A stretch of 64,000 nucleotides of DNA, taken from assembly GCA_002633005.1 (NCBI GenBank), contig NMRA01000010.1, positions 1,584,982-1,648,981 of the forward strand, written 5' to 3'. How positions within the stretch are numbered: position 1 is the first letter of the stretch; every line of letters starts with the position of its first letter. The notes below the pieces were generated by a model. The model did no database searches. It had not been told where the DNA came from and was given only the letters and a program-made list of their open reading frames with translations. Shown in pieces: positions 62,349 through 64,000 of this stretch. This DNA is from Phoronis australis. Its lineage: Eukaryota; Animalia; Phoronida. The position numbers were made by a program, and so were the translations under genes.

Positions 62349-63149
62349 AGCGGCATTCACTCTACAAATGAACCTCTGACGTCGCTGCGTCGTTTCTCAC
62401 CTTCCTCACAGGTTATCGCGACCCCTCTCGGCAAGGTAAGGTCGACCGTATGCTAGGCGATGTAGATATAGACCGATTAAGACGGTAAAAAGACTAATTA
62501 AATCGCCGGGGTGGCATTCTCTTTAAAATCTCTACAGGGCTATAAAAACAACTAGAATTTATCACGACCGTACCTATTAAGGACCAAAATTCAACACTCC
62601 ATGACCGGAAATCTATGCTGGCAGGGAACAGGAGATTTATCACGCCTCAGATAGTCTATCTGAGATCACGCCAAGACATAGAAATTTCATGATAGGTAAC
62701 AACGTGACTATTTCATATTCGGCAATGTTAATTGTTGTCATGATAGCAGTTTTCCGTTCAATGACTTTACCAGAAGTAGAAGGTTGTGAGCGTTTGATAA
62801 CATCTAGCTTCTTTGTTAACAGCCAAGCAAAGTCTTTTGTCTGGTATGACAACAGGCAGGCAACGTGTGAACGAAGTCAAACCCAGAGCGAATTGGTACA
62901 TCCGGAAAGAATAGATTGTCCTAACTTCGGTTGTAGTTCGTCGATTTTAGCAATTCAAAAACTAAACATGATCACCATTTGACGAGGGTTTCAGAAATGC
63001 TATTGGTTTATGTTCGAATTTGTTATAACTTAACTTTTATTTTTAGCAGCACAGCCCAGTCAGGTTAGATATGATCTTACTATTAGAGCAATTATCGAAC
63101 AAAAGAGAGCTGGCCCTCCAACTACAAATGCCAGAATGGAGTAAATCAA

Positions 63150-63627
63150 TCGTGTTAAGCTATTGGCTACAGGTGTGTTCTTCCGGAATTTCAGAATATT
63201 TTTGTTGATACATTAGGGTATTGTGCGAGAGTCTGGAAAAGCTTTACCTTCTGCTCCAATTGCATTCCTCACAAGCAAAGAAAACATGAGCATTCGTCTG
63301 GGTGTCTCCACACGAACAATTAAAGAGGCGAAATATTATTAAAGTTATGTCTTAATTTCTCGGTGTTTAGGAATTGACCGCATCTTGATCTCTATGGGAT
63401 TATTTCATGGTTGCGAGGAAGTTGGAATGATGTCAATGAGACTGGCAAGTCTTGAGTAGTGGTATACATTTTAAAGTTATTTTTGAGAGTGACGATTGAA
63501 GTGCTTTCTTTTATTTTGGATGGTAACGAATTCCAATTGTCAGTACAAGTTAATATCGTAGATCTCCTGAAGGCTTGGCTGAGGGAAGATGGAATAGTGT
63601 ATAAAAATATTACTTTGCCGCAGTCCT
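63150..63627 (-). mobile_element. 3' fragment of a CR1/L2-group LINE ORF2
   Basis: FRRSTI..DNWNSLPSKIKESTSIVTLKNNFK is followed, after frameshifts, by RSRCGQFLN..CSCGDTQTNAHVFFAC, the typical C-terminal C..H..C extension. Confidence 0.7.
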
Positions 63628-64000
63628 GGGCCCGGTCTCCAATCTTTTTACTCGAAATGGAACTCGAAATTAGGTTTGGCATTTTCTGCTCTACTTTTGG
63701 GCGAACTCACGATAAGTGTCTATTATTCTATGCTCGAGTACACAATAACTTACGTAGATAATTCATTGCCCTTAGCTCACAGTTTGTAAACCCAATATTA
63801 AAGCAATAAGTTCGAGTTTGAACTCGAAATTTCGAGGTGTTACTAGTTTGTAACACGAATATATGGGTCATCAAGGGCAAACTTGAACTAGAAACTCCTA
63901 TGTATAAACTATAATGTATTTGAGCACAATCTGATAACCAATTATCTTAAGTTTGCACAAAAGGAGCAGAAAATTGCCAAAAATAGTTTCGAGTTCGTTT
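63628..64000. mobile_element. MITE family copy (same family as 46921-47322), running to the window end
   Basis: Starts GGGCCCGGTCTCCAATCTTTTACTCGAAATGGAACTCGAAATT, matching the reverse-complemented right end of the 46.9-47.3 kb copy. Confidence 0.65.

Larger units (their letters stand above)
60919..62522 (-). mobile_element. Non-autonomous (internally deleted) Kolobok-like DNA transposon
   Basis: TTAA on both sides (60915-60918, 62523-62526) and AG...CT termini. TIR: AGGAGAATAACACCC vs AG-AGAATGCCACCC. Sub-terminal inverted GACGTCAGAGGTTC at ~61050 and ~62371-62384. Contains a THAP-domain start on - and a convergent acidic GYQFEPEYS ORF on +. Confidence 0.75.

Noticed and set aside
61910-62360. 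Functional overlapping sense/antisense gene pair
   Set aside because: The overlap arises from read-through past a deletion junction. The THAP lacks its last zinc ligand and the + ORF lacks its likely start codon and Cys domain.

Overview
Eukaryotic (invertebrate animal-like, AT-rich, intron-rich, repeat-rich) genomic DNA from a draft assembly with one 217-N gap and three single-N junctions. Three spliced genes could be rebuilt by hand with GT-AG introns in consistent phase. (1) A 5'-incomplete PARP14-like mono-ADP-ribosyltransferase on + (16 exons, 753-19548; KH-like region, three macrodomains, WWE, H-Y-I ART domain). (2) The mitochondrial serine protease HTRA2/Omi on - (7 exons, 31953-23284, ~430 aa). 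(3) Head-to-head with HTRA2, 206 bp away, a telomeric-repeat-binding factor on + (TRFH + telobox Myb; 12 exons, 32160-52381, ~415 aa), nearly invisible in the ORF track. Introns and intergenic DNA hold a decayed Mag-like Ty3/gypsy element, an internally deleted Kolobok-like transposon (THAP plus convergent KolX-like remnant), a CR1-type LINE tail, several MITE and SINE copies, minisatellites, a repeat array rich in CTCF-like motifs, and a probable decayed TTF1/DMTF1-like Myb pseudogene nested antisense in a TERF intron. Three near-identical duplications each abut a single N and are most likely two haplotypes placed side by side. I found no convincing wholly new system. The most noteworthy items are the invertebrate TRF, the HTRA2-TERF bidirectional locus and the nested pseudogene. 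All family assignments come from motif recognition by eye, not database searches.
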